A DNA stretch of 64,000 bases. It comes from an uncultured Armatimonadia bacterium (lineage in GTDB: Bacteria; Armatimonadota; Zipacnadia; CAVVLO01). Position numbers and translations under genes: made by a program. The notes below the pieces were generated by a model. The model saw only the letters and a program-made list of their open reading frames with translations. It had not been told where the DNA came from and did not search any database. The stretch spans positions 615,773-679,772 of the forward strand of contig CAVVLO010000003.1 of the NCBI GenBank assembly GCA_963749155.1, written 5' to 3'. Positions 1 through 10,317 of the stretch are shown piece after piece. How positions within the stretch are numbered: position 1 is the stretch's first letter; the number at the start of each line of letters is the position of its first letter.

Positions 1-644
1 TGTAACCGATGCCCGCCTCCCAACCGAGTTTCACGCCGCGCAGCAGCCACTTCTTGTCAGTCGGGAAGCCGCTTATACCAGTCGGCGATGATTGGGATGA
101 GTGTCTTGTAGCGACCGAGGAGTTCGCTCATCACGGGGCGCGCGAAGAGGTTCTGGCACGGCACGACGCGAATCTGGCTGCCCCAGTTGCGCCAACTGAT
201 TTTCACCGCGTCCTTGGGGTCCCAGCTTGTCCACTCGACATTGTTCACGTTGTCGGGGTTGTAGCCAGGCGCCTCGGGATCCCACCAGTTCCACAGGTCA
301 GGCCGGCGCGTCCACCAATTCTGCCCATCGAGGGTGATCAGCAGGGGCATCTCAGCCTCTTCGCACACGGAAAGCAGCTTGCGCAGAGTCACAGCGAGCT
401 GGTCGGCGGGGGTCTCCATCAACGAGAAGATATATGAGATGCCAAGTTTGAGGTCAGGATTGGGCGGCAAGTCGAGGGTGGCGGCTATCTCCCTTGGCCA
501 TTCAGGGGTCATCGAGTCGGAATTGCTCTGGTCCCAGCCGTGGACGGGATTCAGGTTCATAAAGACGTATTGGGGGAAGCCGTCCGCAAGCGCAAGCGTA
601 GCCCAGAGCAAGAGCAGCAACCCAATGAGACTCACCATCCGCAT
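1..644 (-). CDS. Secreted Trp-rich protein, probable GH-A-like barrel; runs off window edge; apparent frameshift near 60
   Basis: Signal peptide, RBS AAGGAGG. Paralog of 4947..6212 (NWWTxRPxLWNWWDP, NVEWTSWDPKDAVKISWRNWG). After the stop at 57-59 the match continues in another frame (DKKWLLRGVKLGWEAGIG). Confidence 0.8.
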
Positions 645-672
645 CCGAGCCCTCCTTGTAGGCGGGTTCTAG

Positions 673-728
673 ATTCGCGTCGGGCGGGCGGCTTCCTGCG
701 GCAGGAGAGCGTGACTGTCTGGAGGAAT
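673..728. promoter_or_regulatory. Back-to-back sigma-H-like promoters
   Basis: Minus GCAGGA-N17-GAAT (673-699); plus GCAGGA-N18-GAAT (701-728), between divergent genes. Confidence 0.65.
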
Positions 729-736
729 CTAGCTGT

Positions 737-3119
737 ATGAAGTGGATTGCTTTCCTGCTGCTGCTTGGGTCTGCCTATATCGGATTCGGTTGGGTCACCG
801 TCCATCCGGCCGAGAGTGAGGCAGTGTTCCACAATCCTGGGCAGGGCTGGTGGTATATCGACAACGCGCTGCCTGGGCAGCTTGACGCAGGGCGGTCGCT
901 GCCGTATGTCGAGGACGGGACGGCCTGGGGCGAGGTGGACGCGGTCGCGGTGCTTTCGACCTGGGGGCAAATAGAGACCGCCGAAGGGGTCTTCGACTGG
1001 AGTCTTGTCGATGAGTCAGTAGATTTCTGGGCCTCAAAGGGCAAACGCATCCATTTCCGCCTTTCGACCGAGCCTATGCTGATGCCTCATATTGGCTATG
1101 TGACAGGCGTCCCGGAATGGCTCTACGAGGCGGGGCTGCCCTATGAAGAGAAAGACAGCGGAGGCTGGGGTGCGGCCTCGGTGTGCAAATATCCTGACTA
1201 CAACCATCCGCTATACTTTCCAAGTCTGACGAGGTTCTTAAAGGCCTTTGCGGACCGGTATGGGCCTAATCCAGCGGTCGAAGTCGTCGAGTTGTTGGGT
1301 TATGGGACCTGGGGAGAATGGCATAGCGGCCATAATATGCCCACTCTCGAGGTCCGGCGAGAGGTGCTGAGGCGCATCCTGGATGAATGGGAAGCCGCCT
1401 TCCGGCCCTATGGGACGCTACTGGTGCTGTCAAACTCCTATGAATGGCGCAATGACCAGCTTCCGAAGGGCCTGTCGGTGCAAGATTCACCTCCCCCAAC
1501 CTATCAGCAATACCTTGAAGGATCGGCCTTCGATTATGCCTATGCGAAGCCTTCAGTAGCCCTCTGGAGGGCGGGGCTTTCGCGTTATGTCTATGACTTC
1601 TTCGATGGGCGACTTATCCACGACTACAAGAAGCAGAGGCGCGGGATCGTCTACGGCGAGATGGCCGCCTCCCTGGGCGAGTATGAGAAGGGCGTGGACA
1701 ACTTCACCCCGCGTCGGGCGGTAGATGAAGCCCTCTCTTTCGGCTGCAACTGGCTGATGACGCCAGGCTGGGACATCAGCCTGAATACGCTGCGAGATGA
1801 CTACACACTGGACAGTGCGCTTTACTTCTATAACGAGGAGTCGCAGGGGTTGCTTCAGTATGGCCTGCGCTGGCTTGGCGCGCGGCTGGTGGTGAGCGAG
1901 GCGCGTTTCCCCTCTTCGGTGCGCCCAGGAGGCACACTTTCCCTCCTGACGCGTTGGGAGAACCGCGCCTGCGGGAGGCTCGCGAAGCCCTACCGGCTGG
2001 AAGTCAGTCTGTTAGCTGATGCCAAAGTGGTGTGGAAAGGCGTGGATGGGACCCTGGACCTGACCGGACTTGCGGCCGGAAGCCAGTTTTCGCACCTCTC
2101 CACGTTCGTTCTGCCACCCGATATGCCTGAAGGAGAGGCCACGCTGGCCCTGGCTTTGGTGGATGAAGAGGGCAAACCTGCCTTCAGGCTGGCGTTGGAG
2201 GACTCAGATGTCTGACCTGCGCTGTCCAATGGGGACGCTTACCATCGCAAGGAAGGCGCCGGAAGAGGCGCTACCTCTTTTCAGATGGACGAAGGAAGAG
2301 GGCCTAGAGGGCACATCAGCCCTCCGGAAGAGCGCCAGAGGCGACCTGCTCTATAACACCCTTCCCCGCGTGCTGCCTCTGGCTCCGGAAGGTGTCTACC
2401 GCGTGAGCTTCCGCCTGAAGCCGCTGAAGAAGCCGGACGGAGGCTTTCACAAGCCGGGTTGGTACTGGTTCGAAGCGAGGAGCCGCAAGGGTTGGGGCGC
2501 TGCTACGCGCGGGCAGTTGAGGTTCATCGACCTGCCGGAGTTCGGCGAGATTAGGCAGAGCGTCCTCTTCCGCCTTGGGGCGTATGAGGATTATGCCCTC
2601 ACCTGGGGGAGCGATGCGGGAGGGGATTTCGAGCTGAAAGAGGTGCTGGTGGAGCGCGTGGAGGGCGAAATAACCCTCTTTGAGCCCTTTGACGAGCCTC
2701 TGGATGCACTCTCTGCGCGCTATGAGCTGGCGCCCAACACACGGTTGGTGCCTGGCAGGATCGCGGGAGGCTTCTGGTGGGAGTATACCGAGCCTGACCG
2801 AGAGGTTCCTTTACTCGTAACGAAGCCCGAGGTGACACCCTTAAAGCCCAACACGACCTACACGGCGAGTTTTTGGTGGGAGCAGGGCGGCGGGCGGACA
2901 CGTGGCAACTACTACTATGCCTGTGCCGAGAGCGCTTCGGGCGGAGAGGCCAGCCGGCGAGGCTTCACCCGCTGGATGCACTATCCGGATGGGATGCAGC
3001 GGCCCTGCGCCTTCAGCTTCCGGACAGGGCCAGAAGCCGACTGGAGGCTGGTTATTGGCATCCGTAACGGGGGCGAACTGGCCCTCGAAAACCTGCTGCT
3101 AATCAGGGAGAGTGACTAG
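737..3119 (+). CDS. Secreted DUF4832-type/beta-galactosidase-like GH-A protein with C-terminal beta-sandwich domains; apparent frameshift near 2210
   Basis: NPGQGW, WGQIE..GVFDW, YGTWGEWH motifs. ORFs 737..2215 and 2070..3119 join across one frame change. Confidence 0.7.
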
Positions 3120-3145
3120 TTAATTTTTAACAATTAGCAGTTCGT

Positions 3146-3175
3146 TTGCACCAGCTTTGCTTGTTGTGCTATACT
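3146..3175 (+). promoter_or_regulatory. Sigma70-type promoter with extended -10
   Basis: TTGCAC-N18-TATACT with TG one base upstream of the -10. Confidence 0.65.
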
Positions 3176-3179
3176 CAAT

Positions 3180-3432
3180 GCGACCAGGAGGCGGAGGAGC
3201 AGATTGTCCTCCCCCTCGAGACGGCCCTTGTGCTTTGCAACCGTCAACGACTGGTCGCCTGGTTCGCACCGGCGCTTCGCGCACCGCGAGTCAGGTTTGG
3301 GGTTCTTCCCCGTGTTGCGTACCGCAACCGCACTTGGGCCTACAGCCAGTACCGGGGCGCTCCGGATGGCTGCTTGCGCATCCGCGTTAGAATTGAGTAT
3401 GGCGCCCCGAACAAAGGGAGGAAAACCCTAGT
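3180..3432 (+). promoter_or_regulatory. Long structured 5' leader, candidate cis-regulatory RNA
   Basis: Stems 3180-3187/3251-3258, 3258-3267/3286-3295, 3314-3328, 3353-3360/3402-3409. Confidence 0.4.
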
Positions 3433-4890
3433 ATGGGTGCCATTGCAGGAAAGAAATCTCCACGCAACACCAACCTCGTCGTCGAAGCCGTGAAGGCTTT
3501 AGGCTATCGAGCTGGCCAGGGTCTGGAGAGCGTCGAAAGCGCTCCCTGGGTTATGGTGCAGTCCTGGAACGAGTATGAGGCGCCGCGCCACCAACTCGCC
3601 GGAGAATTGCCGGCCGTAATGACTGGCCAGCTACACAACTGGCAGCAGCTTGTCCCTGGCGCGACTTGCCCGCTAGAGGCCATCACTCAAGCTTATCGGG
3701 AGCAGGGACCCAGTTTTCTGTCCAAGCTGGACGGCGAGTTCGCGTTAGCCATCGTAGAAGGCGAGCAGGTCTTCGTCGCGCGTGACAGGCTGGGCGTCGT
3801 GCCCTGCTATGTAGGGGTCGAGGACGGCAAAGTAATAGCCTTCGCCACCGAGGCCAAAGCGTTGATGCAGCTTGATATTGTCCCTGAGGAACTACCGCCG
3901 GGCAGTTACTGGCATCCGGAAGAGGGGCTTGTATCCTATTTCGACCTGAAGAAGCCCAAGGCGCTGCTGGACGACAGTCCAGCCGAACTCGCCACTGGCC
4001 TGCGTTCTGTGCTGGTTGCGGCTATCTCCAAACGCCTTTCCGGCCCTGAGGCTGGCGCCTGGCTGTCTGGGGGCCTCGATTCCAGCGTAATGACGTGCCT
4101 GGCGGCGCGGCAGGTAGCGAAGCTGAAGACTTTCTGTGTAGGCCTCGAAGGCGCCCCTGACCTGGAGAGCGCGCGTCTGGTAGCCGATTTCGTGGGTACC
4201 GAGCATCACGAGCTAATTCCGACAAAGAAACTGTTGCTTGAGGCGTTGCCTCAGGTCATCTTCCATATGGAGAGCTTCGATGCGCTGCTGCTGCGTTCGA
4301 GTCTGACCAATTTCCTCGTGGGGAGATTGGCCTCAGATCATGTGCCGGCCGTCTTCTCGGGTGAGGGCGGCGACGAGTTGTTCGCCGGGTATGACTATCT
4401 GAAGGGTATGCCGCCAAACGAGCTCCCTGATGAGTTGATGGACATCACCAACAGGCTGCACAACACCGCGCTGCAGCGTGTGGACCGGTGCTCGATGGGC
4501 AGCGGGCTTACCGCCTACGTGCCCTTCGTGGACCGCGATGTGGTCGAGTATGCGCTGGCCATCCCCCACAAGTATAAGCTGTATCGGGGCGAGGGCAAGC
4601 CTGTTGAGAAGTGGATCCTGCGCAAGGCTGTCGAAGGGTTGCTGCCCGAGCCGGTGCTGTGGCGCAAGAAGGCCAAGTTCTGGGAAGGCGCCGGCGTCCA
4701 GGACGTGTTGGCCGAGTATGCCGAGGAGACCATCTCGGACGGCGATTTTGCCCGCGAACGCAAGCTGCAGGAGGGCCAGCCTCTGAATACGAAAGAGGAA
4801 CTGATGTATTACAGGCTCTTCAAGGAACAGTTCGGCGAGGAGCTGGCCCAGCAGGTCGGTCGCACCAAGGGCGCCCCAGTGGACGCCTGA
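3433..4890 (+). CDS. Asparagine synthase family ATP-dependent amide ligase lacking the N-terminal catalytic Cys
   Basis: LDGEFA, ARDRLG, LSGGLDSS, SGEGGDELFAGY, LQRVDR, EKWILR; starts MGAIAG rather than MCGIAG. Confidence 0.88.
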   Translation: MGAIAGKKSPRNTNLVVEAVKALGYRAGQGLESVESAPWVMVQSWNEYEAPRHQLAGELPAVMTGQLHNWQQLVPGATCPLEAITQAYREQGPSFLSKLDGEFALAIVEGEQVFVARDRLGVVPCYVGVEDGKVIAFATEAKALMQLDIVPEELPPGSYWHPEEGLVSYFDLKKPKALLDDSPAELATGLRSVLVAAISKRLSGPEAGAWLSGGLDSSVMTCLAARQVAKLKTFCVGLEGAPDLESARLVADFVGTEHHELIPTKKLLLEALPQVIFHMESFDALLLRSSLTNFLVGRLASDHVPAVFSGEGGDELFAGYDYLKGMPPNELPDELMDITNRLHNTALQRVDRCSMGSGLTAYVPFVDRDVVEYALAIPHKYKLYRGEGKPVEKWILRKAVEGLLPEPVLWRKKAKFWEGAGVQDVLAEYAEETISDGDFARERKLQEGQPLNTKEELMYYRLFKEQFGEELAQQVGRTKGAPVDA

Positions 4891-4915
4891 ACGAAATCGC
4901 CCAGATGCAACTCAC

Positions 4916-4948
4916 AAGGCCCCGGCGCAGCTCGCGCCGGGGTCTTTT
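4916..4948 (+). terminator. Intrinsic terminator between convergent genes
   Basis: CCCCGGCGC-agctc-GCGCCGGGG then TCTTTT. Confidence 0.7.
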
Positions 4949-6212
4949 ACCTGGCGGGTGGACGCCAGGTAGCAAAGAACTGCTTCAAGCCCTCCCAGCC
5001 GCCAGCGCCGGGCTGGAACTCCGACTTGTCGAGCGGATAGATGCACAGGAACTGGCAATCGGCGAAGCCCAGGGTGCGCTCGAAGCTGCGACACCAGCTT
5101 TCCGCATCAGGAGCGCCCCAGTACCACTCGCAGGCTGCCCACTTGTCGTTTTGATGACTGGCAAGCTGCTCTCCGAAGTCGCTGAAGCTGGCGGGGTCCA
5201 TCCAGTACATACTGTAGCCGACCGTGTCCGCCCACTGATTGAAGGCCGGCCAGAGGGGCATATGCAGCTCGTAAGGCTGGTGAGTGCCGCCGAGGTGGGT
5301 GGTGATCAGCTCGGTCGGCAGGCCAAGCGAATGAGTCTTGCGGCAGAGCACCTCCACATAGAGCTGGATGAGCCTGGCCAGGTCATCGCGAGTTATCTCA
5401 CCGCTGGTCTTGAGACCAGAGGAAGCAAGCGCCGCATAACCAATCTGGGCTGCGCCTGAGGAGAGGCCTTCCTCATGCCTGGGCCACCAGGCAGGGTCAT
5501 GAGAGGCGTCGTCAGGCCAGCGCTCGAGGTAGCTGTTGCCGCCTGGGTAATAGAAGGCGTTGCCGCCGATGCAGGCTTCGGAGCCGAGTTTTACCCCACG
5601 GAAAAGCCACTTCTGGTCTGCCGGCAGCGATTTGTACCATTCGGCCAGGACGGGCACCAGCAGCTTGAGGCGGGCGAATACCTCGGCCATCACGCGGCGG
5701 GCGAAGAGATTCTGCGCGGGCTTGATGCGAATCTGCATCCCCCAGTTGCGCCAGCTTATCTTGACTGCGTCCTTCGGATCCCAGCTTGTCCACTCGACGT
5801 TTTCGGCATTTGCGGGGTCGTAGCCTGGAAGGGCCGGGTCCCACCAGTTCCAGAGCTCCGGCCGGGTGGTCCACCAGTTCTGCGATTCCAGCGTCAGCAG
5901 GATTGGGATACCAGTCTCTTCGCTCGAGGCGCACACCTGGCGCAGGCTCTCGGCAAGTTTCTCGGGCGACCCTTCCATAATCGAGAAGATAAAGGTCAGC
6001 CCGAGCTTAAGGTCTGGGTTGTCTGGCACCTCAAAACGGGCTCGAGTCGCCTCGAAGAAAGCCGGCGAGAAGTCCTCCGGATGGTCTTGACGCGGCCCGC
6101 CGACGGGATCCACGCCCCAGAAGACGTATTTGGGCCCCGCCGAGACAAGGTTGCCCACCAGTAATAAACCAAGGGCAAGCGAAAAAAATAGTCTGGCTTC
6201 GAGACCGATCAT
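4947..6212 (-). CDS. Secreted Trp-rich protein, probable uncharacterised GH-A-like hydrolase
   Basis: Signal peptide; paralog of 1..644; candidate catalytic Glu in GVKLGSE and WAACEW. Confidence 0.8.
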   Translation of the reverse strand: MIGLEARLFFSLALGLLLVGNLVSAGPKYVFWGVDPVGGPRQDHPEDFSPAFFEATRARFEVPDNPDLKLGLTFIFSIMEGSPEKLAESLRQVCASSEETGIPILLTLESQNWWTTRPELWNWWDPALPGYDPANAENVEWTSWDPKDAVKISWRNWGMQIRIKPAQNLFARRVMAEVFARLKLLVPVLAEWYKSLPADQKWLFRGVKLGSEACIGGNAFYYPGGNSYLERWPDDASHDPAWWPRHEEGLSSGAAQIGYAALASSGLKTSGEITRDDLARLIQLYVEVLCRKTHSLGLPTELITTHLGGTHQPYELHMPLWPAFNQWADTVGYSMYWMDPASFSDFGEQLASHQNDKWAACEWYWGAPDAESWCRSFERTLGFADCQFLCIYPLDKSEFQPGAGGWEGLKQFFATWRPPAR

Positions 6213-6215
6213 CGG

Positions 6216-8111
6216 CTACTCCGTCGTCAGGAAGGTGCGCGTCACGGTGCGAGTGACGCCGTCCAGCGTTGCGGTGATGGTGATGGCCGGCTGGTGCTCA
6301 TAGAGGAAGACGAAGCCGCGGAAGTAGCCGCTGTCGTCCTGGTTGAGGGCTGACTCCCCGTTGATGAGCACCGTTGCGCCGGGGGTAGTGAGGCCTCTCA
6401 CGATGATATTGCGCGGCCAGGCGGCAGGCACTTCGGTGCCCTCCGGTGGGGAGGTCTGGACGTAGAGCAGCGGCCTGGCAGAAAGGGCCTCGATCTCTTC
6501 GGCAAGGGCCCTGCGCGCTGCAAGCAGTGTCTCTGGGTCACGGTTGAAGTCGTGGAAGTTCCAGATGACGCGCTTAGCCAGCTCAAGAGGGCGCTGGCGC
6601 GGATCCATCCACTGGTCAGCGGCGTCGCCATATTCAGCTTTGAGGGCGCGAAGCTTCTGCTCAAGTGTATAAAGATATTCGTAATCCTCGAGGCCGTCCC
6701 GCATCGCACTGAACCTGAGCGAACCGAGGAAGTCTTGCCTGCCTGGATAGACAACCTGCCCATCAGCAAGAGGCAGTTGAGCATTCATCCCCGCTTCGGT
6801 GTAGGGGTCGCCTTCATACCAGTTGAGGCCCCAATGCAGGTAGCCGTCGAGGTCGTAGAGATAGCTAATCCAGTGCAGCACCCGCGCGTGCACGAGGGAC
6901 TGGTCGAGGAAGCGGTTGGGATAGGTGCCCTGCGGGATGCAGCAGGTGTAGAACCACAGCTCTTTGCCCTCGTCCTGGTGGCGTTTGAAGGCCGGATACC
7001 AGAGATGGAGATGATTGAGCTTGGGCACGTAGACGTCCAGATCGCCGAGATACTCGGTCTCGACGGCCTCGAGCGCCCTGACATGAGGCGCAACGGCGTG
7101 GACCTGGTCCACCAGAGCGGCGTAGGTCTCCTCATGGTGGATGAAGGGCTCATCGGTGAGGCTGACGAAGAAACGGCCCTGCCAGCCTCGGCGGACGACG
7201 ACCTCATCAAGGGCTGGCAGGCGGCGCATACCGGATTCGTTGCGGATAACGCGGCTTATCGGGTTGGTAATCTCGGCGCTCTTGTCGCCAACCACGTGCA
7301 GGTGGATGGCCCGTATCCCCTCGCCAAAGGCGACCTCGGCATAGCGTTCCAGCTTGCTGGTGTTGTAGGTGTAACCACTCTCCGAATCGCCTGACTCATC
7401 TATCAATCCCTGGATAGAGGCCAGGATGTCGGTCTGGCGATGGGCGACAAGGAAAGCCGAAGAACGCGCCAGCAGGGCCCAGTAGTCGTCACTGAAGGCT
7501 GCCACATCGGGGAAGCCTCGACTGGGGAAGCTCCACCAGTTGATGACCGACTGGTGGCGGGTTGGAGACAATTCGAAATCCCAGACATGCAGGGCGACTG
7601 GGAGGCTGACCTCGCCCTCAGGGGTGGTCACCGAGAGGGTGCCGTGGTACTCGCCAGGGGCGGCGTCAATGGGAACTGTAACCTCGATCCAGAGCGGCTG
7701 GGCCTGATTAACCGGGGCAGTAATAGTCAGGTCTTCCCAGAAGGGATCAGGCAAGTCGCAGGGCGCCTTGGCAACGAGCTCGCCCTCGGGCAGCCCACTA
7801 CTGTTGCGCGTGACGCTGATATAGCGCACCCATTGCAGCTTTACAGCTTCAGCGGGCAGCGGGCCAGCAGGGCCAACGAGAGGCGAAAGGGCGACCGAGA
7901 CCTCTCCCCCGCCACAGCGCAGTACGGCCTGACTACTTGCGACCTCGTTGCGGGCAGCCTCGAGCAGCACTGGGTCGCTTTGGTCAGGGGGGACAGCATC
8001 GCGCAGTACTTTAATAAGCCCGTTAGAGGCCCACAGGTCGGCAGCCGACGCGCGTCCCCCAAACACGCAAATCAGACACGCCAAGAGCAGCAATCCAGGT
8101 AGCGAATTCAT
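6216..8111 (-). CDS. Secreted DUF4091-domain glycoside hydrolase (GH123-like)
   Basis: [44 protein letters not shown]; start at MNSLPG with RBS GGGAGG. Confidence 0.82.
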   Translation of the reverse strand: MNSLPGLLLLACLICVFGGRASAADLWASNGLIKVLRDAVPPDQSDPVLLEAARNEVASSQAVLRCGGGEVSVALSPLVGPAGPLPAEAVKLQWVRYISVTRNSSGLPEGELVAKAPCDLPDPFWEDLTITAPVNQAQPLWIEVTVPIDAAPGEYHGTLSVTTPEGEVSLPVALHVWDFELSPTRHQSVINWWSFPSRGFPDVAAFSDDYWALLARSSAFLVAHRQTDILASIQGLIDESGDSESGYTYNTSKLERYAEVAFGEGIRAIHLHVVGDKSAEITNPISRVIRNESGMRRLPALDEVVVRRGWQGRFFVSLTDEPFIHHEETYAALVDQVHAVAPHVRALEAVETEYLGDLDVYVPKLNHLHLWYPAFKRHQDEGKELWFYTCCIPQGTYPNRFLDQSLVHARVLHWISYLYDLDGYLHWGLNWYEGDPYTEAGMNAQLPLADGQVVYPGRQDFLGSLRFSAMRDGLEDYEYLYTLEQKLRALKAEYGDAADQWMDPRQRPLELAKRVIWNFHDFNRDPETLLAARRALAEEIEALSARPLLYVQTSPPEGTEVPAAWPRNIIVRGLTTPGATVLINGESALNQDDSGYFRGFVFLYEHQPAITITATLDGVTRTVTRTFLTTE

Positions 8112-8141
8112 ATGGGCGCCTCCCCCAGTTAATAAGGCTAG

Positions 8142-8198
8142 CTTCAGCAAGAAAAGCCCTCTTCCTGCCCTTCCACTTGGAGAGGGGAGTGCTATAAT
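8142..8198. promoter_or_regulatory. Divergent promoters
   Basis: Minus GCAGGA-N17-GAAG (8142-8168); plus extended -10 TGcTATAAT (8190-8198) before tkt. Confidence 0.6.
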
Positions 8199-8244
8199 AC
8201 CGAGTTGTTTGCCCCTACCAAGCGCTGAGGTGGAGAGAATCAGG

Positions 8245-10257
8245 ATGAAAAGACCCATCGACGAGACAGATGCCCTCTGTGTGAACACACTGCGGACCCT
8301 CGCTATAGATATGGTGGAAAAGGCCAACTCGGGCCATCCGGGCCTGCCGCTTGGCGCCGCGCCGATGGCTTATGCGCTGTGGAGCCGTCATCTGAAGTTT
8401 GATCCCAAGGCGCCTGACTGGGCTGACAGGGACAGGTTCGTGCTGTCGGCTGGGCATGGCAGCGCGCTGCTTTACAGCCTGCTGCACACCTTTGGGTATG
8501 ACCTCTGCCGATGGAAGAATTGATGCGTTTCCGCCAGTGGGGCAGCCTGACACCAGGGCATCCAGAAGTCGGCCTGACCCCAGGTGTCGAAGCCACCACC
8601 GGCCCGCTTGGGCAAGGTACGGCCAACGCGGTCGGGATGGCGATCGCCGAGAGGGCGCTTGCGAGCTATTTCAACCGGGAAGGCCACGAAATCGTAGACC
8701 ACTTCACCTATGGGCTGGTCTCGGAAGGCGACCTGATGGAGGGTATCGCTTACGAGGCCTGCTCGCTTGCGGGGCACCTGGGCCTCGGCAAGCTCATCTT
8801 CCTGTTCGATTCCAACCAGGTGACTCTGGACGGGCCACTCTCCTGGAGCTTCTCCGAGGACATCGCGAGCCGGTTCGCCGCAATGAACTGGCAGGTACTC
8901 GAGGTCGAGGAGGGCAACGCTGACCTGGTGGCGCTGGATGCCGCCATACTGGAAGCCAAAACCGAGACCGTCAAGCCGTCGCTGATAATTGTAAACACCA
9001 CTATTGGTTATGGGTCGCCAAACAAGTGCGGCAAATCGAGTTCTCACGGTTCTCCACTTGGCGCGGAGGAACTCGCCTGCACTAAAAAGGCGCTGGGCTG
9101 GGAGGCAGAACAGCCTTTCACCATCCCCCTCGAGGCGGCTGGGAGATTTACCGAGGTTGCCGAACATGGCCAGAGCCAGCAGCTCGAGTGGCAGACTCGC
9201 TTCACCACCTATGAACAGGTCTTCCCTGAACTGGCAGTCCAGTTCAAGGCCGCAAGGACTGGCGAAATCGAACTCGACTGGGAAGCCGTCCTGCCCACCT
9301 GGGAGGCCGGCAAGGGCCTTGCGACGCGCAGCGCTTCGGGCGAGGTCATCAACGCTATCGCACCGCAGCTACCGCTGCTGCTGGGCGGGGACGCCGACCT
9401 TTCCGGCTCGACCAACACGACCATCAAGGGCGGGGGCGATTTCGACGGCGCAACCGGTGCTGGACGCAATCTGCATTATGGCATCCGCGAGCACGCGATG
9501 GCGGGGATCGCGAACGGGATGGCCTGCCACGGAGGCATCCGGCCTTTCGTTGCGACTTTCTTCGTCTTTTCGGACTATATGCGGCCCTCGGTCAGGCTGG
9601 CGGCGCTGTCGCACCTGCCGGTCATCTACGTGTGGACGCATGATTCCATCGGCGTAGGTGAAGATGGCCCGACGCATGAGCCTGTCGAGCACCTGGCCGC
9701 TCTGCGCGCGATGCCGAACCTCTCGGTGGTGCGGCCGGCCGATGCGACCGAGGTCGCCCAGGCCTGGCGCTACGCGCTGGAGCGCAAGACTGGGCCGACT
9801 GCCCTCGTGCTGTCGAGGCAGAAGCTGCCGGTGCTTGACCGAGAGAGGTTCGCAAGCGCCGAAGGGCTTCTGAAAGGCGCTTATGTGCTTTCCGAGGCCG
9901 AGGGGCAGCCCCAGGCAATTCTGATAGCGACGGGCTCCGAGGTGGAAGTCGCGCTGGCCGCACAGGCTGCGCTGGCTGAAGAGGGCATCCAGGCACGAGT
10001 GGTCTCGATGCCTTGCTGGGAAGCCTTCGAGACGCAATCGGAGGAATACAGAGAACAGGTGCTTCCGAAGGCCGTGAAGGCAAGAGTGGCTATCGAGGCG
10101 GGGGTGTCGCTCGGCTGGCAGAAATGGGTCGGCTGCGGAGGGCACGCTGGTGACTTTGGACCGGTTTGGCGCGTCGGCTCCGGGCGAGGTCAATATGGAG
10201 CAATTCGGCTTCACTGCCGAGAACGTGGTAAGCAAGGTGAAGGCCTTACTCGGCTGA
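8245..10257 (+). CDS. tkt: Transketolase; apparent frameshifts near 8505 and 10140
   Basis: [59 protein letters not shown]-terminal [12 protein letters not shown] in a shifted frame. Confidence 0.96.
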
Positions 10258-10279
10258 GTTTCCACTAAGAATCAAAGCT

Positions 10280-10314
10280 GGGAGCCAGGGCTTCGCGGTC
10301 CTGGCTCCCTTTTT
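10280..10314 (+). terminator. Intrinsic terminator
   Basis: GGGAGCCAGG/CCTGGCTCCC stem followed by T run. Confidence 0.8.
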
Positions 10315-10317
10315 CTG

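Noticed and set aside
3180..3432. T-box, SRP, tmRNA or 6S RNA
   Set aside because: No UGGNACC T-box, SRP loop, tRNA-like ends or end-to-end rod pairing recognised
3433..4890. Lasso peptide or beta-lactam cluster
   Set aside because: No precursor, RRE, B peptidase or other biosynthetic neighbours
8245..10257. Programmed frameshifting or true pseudogenes
   Set aside because: No shared slippery site; distribution fits random indel error
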